DNA of 44,425 bases from a virus (Duplodnaviria > Caudoviricetes), in the IMG/VR virus record IMGVR_UViG_3300044713_000054, positions 1 to 44,425 of that record; one strand, 5' to 3'. The stretch's first letter is position 1. Each line of letters begins with the position of its first letter. The notes under the pieces were generated by a model that was given only the letters and a program-made list of their open reading frames with translations, searched no databases and had not been told where the DNA came from. This document shows positions 42,205 through 44,425 of the stretch, one piece after another. The translations under genes were made by a program, and so were the position numbers.

Positions 42205-42890
42205 ATCATTGCCGATCTAACAAATTCGGCGGCGAGCTGCGGGTCGATTGCATTACCGAAGGCGCCAAGTTGAGCCACGCGAGCGGATATCCCATTCTCA
42301 AGCACCATTTCTCCGGTGATACTTCGATCCCCCGGCAACCAGGATGCTTCATCATCGACGGCGCAGCCTGGTTCGCTGTTGCGGTTGGCGTGGCCCACAA
42401 AGTAAAGCCGAGGCCGCGCATGGTCTTTACCGACACTGAGAGACGTAAGAACTGCCGCCCCGATGGCGTAATCCATCGTTTCCATGTCAGTGCCGACTTC
42501 ATCGAACCAATCGCCTGCTTGGGCAATCTGCTCACCAAAGATCGTGCGAGGCGCGAGTTCAAAGATGAGTTGTCGCCAATAAGGCCAGAGATGCTTTTGT
42601 GCGTCTTGCCGCCGAGCTTGCCGACCTCGAGCCGCGGGCGAGAATGGCTGACATGGGCAAGAACCTGTCCAAACAGGTCTGCTGTCAGGCCAGCCGGCGA
42701 GTTGCAGAGCGAGGGGCCATCCTCCGATACCGGCGAAGAAGTGGCATTGCGTGTAGCCCCTGAGGTCGCGCCAGGGCACGTCAACGATGCTTCGCTCGTC
42801 AACGTCTCCGTCTTGGAGGAATCTGGCAGCGATGAGATTACGAAGCCATTGCGCATTGTATGGGTCAATCTCGTTGTAGTACGCGGTCAT
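42201..42890 (-). CDS. DNA (cytosine-5)-methyltransferase, large polypeptide
   Basis: AYYNEIDP, FFAGIGG (motif I), GSCPCQPFS (IV), FGEQ (VI), H.RPRLYFV (VIII), FGNAI.PQLA (X). Confidence 0.9.
   Translation of the reverse strand: MTAYYNEIDPYNAQWLRNLIAARFLQDGDVDERSIVDVPWRDLRGYTQCHFFAGIGGWPLALQLAGWPDSRPVWTGSCPCQPFSPAARGRQARRQDAQKHLWPYWRQLIFELAPRTIFGEQIAQAGDWFDEVGTDMETMDYAIGAAVLTSLSVGKDHARPRLYFVGHANRNSEPGCAVDDEASWLPGDRSITGEMVLENGISARVAQLGAFGNAIDPQLAAEFVRSAMI
42206..42868 (-). CDS. Overlapping-frame small polypeptide of the C5 methyltransferase (carries motif IX)
   Basis: 220-codon open frame nested in the MTase gene with LTWK...TPSGR, WATPTA and SPE....RMGYP..W; true start uncertain. Confidence 0.6.
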   Translation of the reverse strand: MTHTMRNGFVISSLPDSSKTETLTSEASLTCPGATSGATRNATSSPVSEDGPSLCNSPAGLTADLFGQVLAHVSHSRPRLEVGKLGGKTHKSISGLIGDNSSLNSRLARSLVSRLPKQAIGSMKSALTWKRWITPSGRQFLRLSVSVKTMRGLGFTLWATPTATANQAAPSMMKHPGCRGIEVSPEKWCLRMGYPLAWLNLAPSVMQSTRSSPPNLLDRQ

Positions 42891-42913
42891 GTTCCCCACT
42901 AAGCAGAAGTTCG

Positions 42914-43045
42914 TCACCGCCAGAATCCGGCGGCAGTCGCCAACGCTAAGAACACGATCGACGCGATCGGAGCGGGTCCTAACCAATAACTCATGACCGC
43001 GGCCGCGAAAGTACCAAGAGCAAAACATCCAAGCGGACGGTTCAT
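42914..43045 (-). CDS. Small membrane peptide, 43 aa
   Basis: ATGA overlap, SD GGGGA, two short hydrophobic stretches. Confidence 0.4.
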   Translation of the reverse strand: MNRPLGCFALGTFAAAVMSYWLGPAPIASIVFLALATAAGFWR

Positions 43046-43581
43046 TGTTGTTCCCCAGAGAGTAACAACTGTTGCTCAGGTGCGGGCTTGTTCCAGTCAA
43101 ACCATGCAGCCATTACCGCCGAAGTTCCCGGATACATATCCACAAACACGTCGCCGGATCGCAAATTCATGATTTGGAAAAGCCACCGACAGAAGTCACG
43201 TGGCTTGGCTCCAGTGAGCCCGCGCTTTAACGTTATGTTGGCCGATACCCAATCACGTGCGGTGTCCTGTTCGCGGGTCCTGCTGCGTCCTCCGCGCCAA
43301 ATAACCGGTTCCCACGCATAGGCAACGCCAACGTTCGGTTTGAATACCGCGAACGGCTTCACCCAAGCGCTCACGCGACAGTCATCGGGGCACATGGGCA
43401 ATATGGTCTTAAGGCTGGGCGAGCTGAGCGACATGGCCCAACCGTCGGGAAAATCCTTACAGAGTTGCCTAATCAACTGCTGATGCCGCGCCGGCTTGTC
43501 CCAATCGAGGGCATCGGGATGATGCTCCGCATAGCGGCTACCGCAGCCAAGGTATGGAGGATCGGCGTAAGCAATTTTCAT
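43042..43581 (-). CDS. Compact amino-type (N6-adenine) DNA methyltransferase
   Basis: IAYADPPY, AWVKP, AYAWEP, GAKP, D.F.D.YPG. Confidence 0.75.
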   Translation of the reverse strand: MKIAYADPPYLGCGSRYAEHHPDALDWDKPARHQQLIRQLCKDFPDGWAMSLSSPSLKTILPMCPDDCRVSAWVKPFAVFKPNVGVAYAWEPVIWRGGRSRTREQDTARDWVSANITLKRGLTGAKPRDFCRWLFQIMNLRSGDVFVDMYPGTSAVMAAWFDWNKPAPEQQLLLSGEQQ

Positions 43582-43589
43582 GGAGAATG

Positions 43590-44249
43590 CTATTCTGTGG
43601 TCAGTAACAGTTCTGGACGTCGAACCGCTTCTTCGATGCGGCGACATGCGACATCGAAGTATTTTGGTTCAATTTCAATGCCGATGAATTTCCTGCCAAG
43701 TCTTAAAGCAGCTAGGCCTGTTGTGCCGCTCCCCATAAAAGGATCGAGGACCAGGCATGCATCCGGCAATAACTTGATGCACCACTCCATAAGGACGATT
43801 GGTTTTTGCATCGGATGGTGATGCTGGCCGACCTCGGATTCACGACAAAGGCCGGCCCATAGATGGCTTAATATCTTCACGCTCCCAAAGGCGTTCGACC
43901 ACGCAAGTTCGCAATCCGAAGCGATGAATTTTTGATTGTGAGTGCCACCCCGCCGCTTATCGAATACAAGCCATCCTGCACTCGCAGGCAGCCGATCCGC
44001 ATAATGATTGGCGCCCCAAAGAATGGCAGGTTTAGTGATCCACGGACTGGGATCGAACGGCGCTTTGTCACCCGCGATGCGATCATTAGTGCGCCGATCC
44101 CACTTCTTGCTGCCTCCGGTCCTCTCGACCTTGTGGTTGATCCCATAAGGCGGATCGCTGACCACAGCGTCCACAGCGAGCGACGGCGCTATCTCCCGGC
44201 AATCGCCGAGATAGAGCGTCGCATCACCTATGGTTTCAGTTCTGAACAT
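43590..44249 (-). CDS. N4/N6 DNA methyltransferase (beta class)
   Basis: LYLGDC, VSDPPYG, HP.QKP..LM.WC, VLDPFMGSGTTG, FIGIE. Confidence 0.9.
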   Translation of the reverse strand: MFRTETIGDATLYLGDCREIAPSLAVDAVVSDPPYGINHKVERTGGSKKWDRRTNDRIAGDKAPFDPSPWITKPAILWGANHYADRLPASAGWLVFDKRRGGTHNQKFIASDCELAWSNAFGSVKILSHLWAGLCRESEVGQHHHPMQKPIVLMEWCIKLLPDACLVLDPFMGSGTTGLAALRLGRKFIGIEIEPKYFDVACRRIEEAVRRPELLLTTE

Positions 44250-44425
44250 GTGACTTGTTAATTTCCAAAAAGTCATTTGCTGAACGCGGCTGGACCTTTT
44301 TGCCAAAGCTCACAAAAGGCCGCCAGGCGTGTTGCATTGACCGAAAGCCTTATCTGCGCCGGCAACAGGTCAATGTCGTAGAGGACAGAAAGCAGCGCTG
44401 GCGTCTCGTTGATGAACTTGAGATA

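Larger units (their letters stand above)
1..44425. mobile_element. Tailed phage/prophage genome segment (P22-like podovirus structural module, probable alphaproteobacterial host)
   Basis: Terminase, portal, scaffold, P22-type coat, gp4/gp10-like tail hub, ejection proteins and lysozyme in canonical order; dense ATGA-overlapped small ORFs; no host housekeeping genes. Confidence 0.95.

Noticed and set aside
1-44425. tRNA genes, integrase/att site, genome termini
   Set aside because: No cloverleaf with a T-loop consensus, recombinase motif or terminal repeat was recognised; lifestyle and genome ends cannot be determined from this window

Overview
A 44.4-kb piece of a GC-rich tailed dsDNA phage or prophage with P22-like (podovirus-type) head, tail-hub and ejection genes. 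The host is probably an alphaproteobacterium (Rhizobiales/Bradyrhizobium-like), judged from GcrA-like, DUF3309-like and DUF6496-like genes. Nearly all of 1.8-44.4 kb is one tightly coupled minus-strand array. In transcription order it runs: three DNA methyltransferases, GcrA, HNH, small terminase, about 10 kb of accessory genes, large terminase, portal, scaffold, major capsid, head-tail proteins, ejection proteins, tail fibres and an extended lysis cassette. No integrase, replication gene, tRNA or CRISPR array was seen. Two things stand out. (1) At least eight structural-looking, Ser/Thr-rich proteins (tail fibres, a beta-helix spike, decoration-like proteins) carry cleavable signal peptides, and all have even mature Cys counts. 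The same late array encodes an O-antigen ligase/O-oligosaccharyltransferase-family membrane enzyme. Together these suggest virion appendages that are exported, disulfide-folded and possibly glycosylated in the periplasm; this is a hypothesis. (2) The major capsid gene is split by two tandem ORF-less group I introns (295 and 232 nt) around a 49-nt mini-exon; the ORF track missed this. Also present are several candidate structured RNAs, a C5-methyltransferase with motif IX in an overlapping frame, a degenerate AspH-like protein and a stand-alone ART-like domain. All family assignments come from motif recognition by eye, not from database searches.
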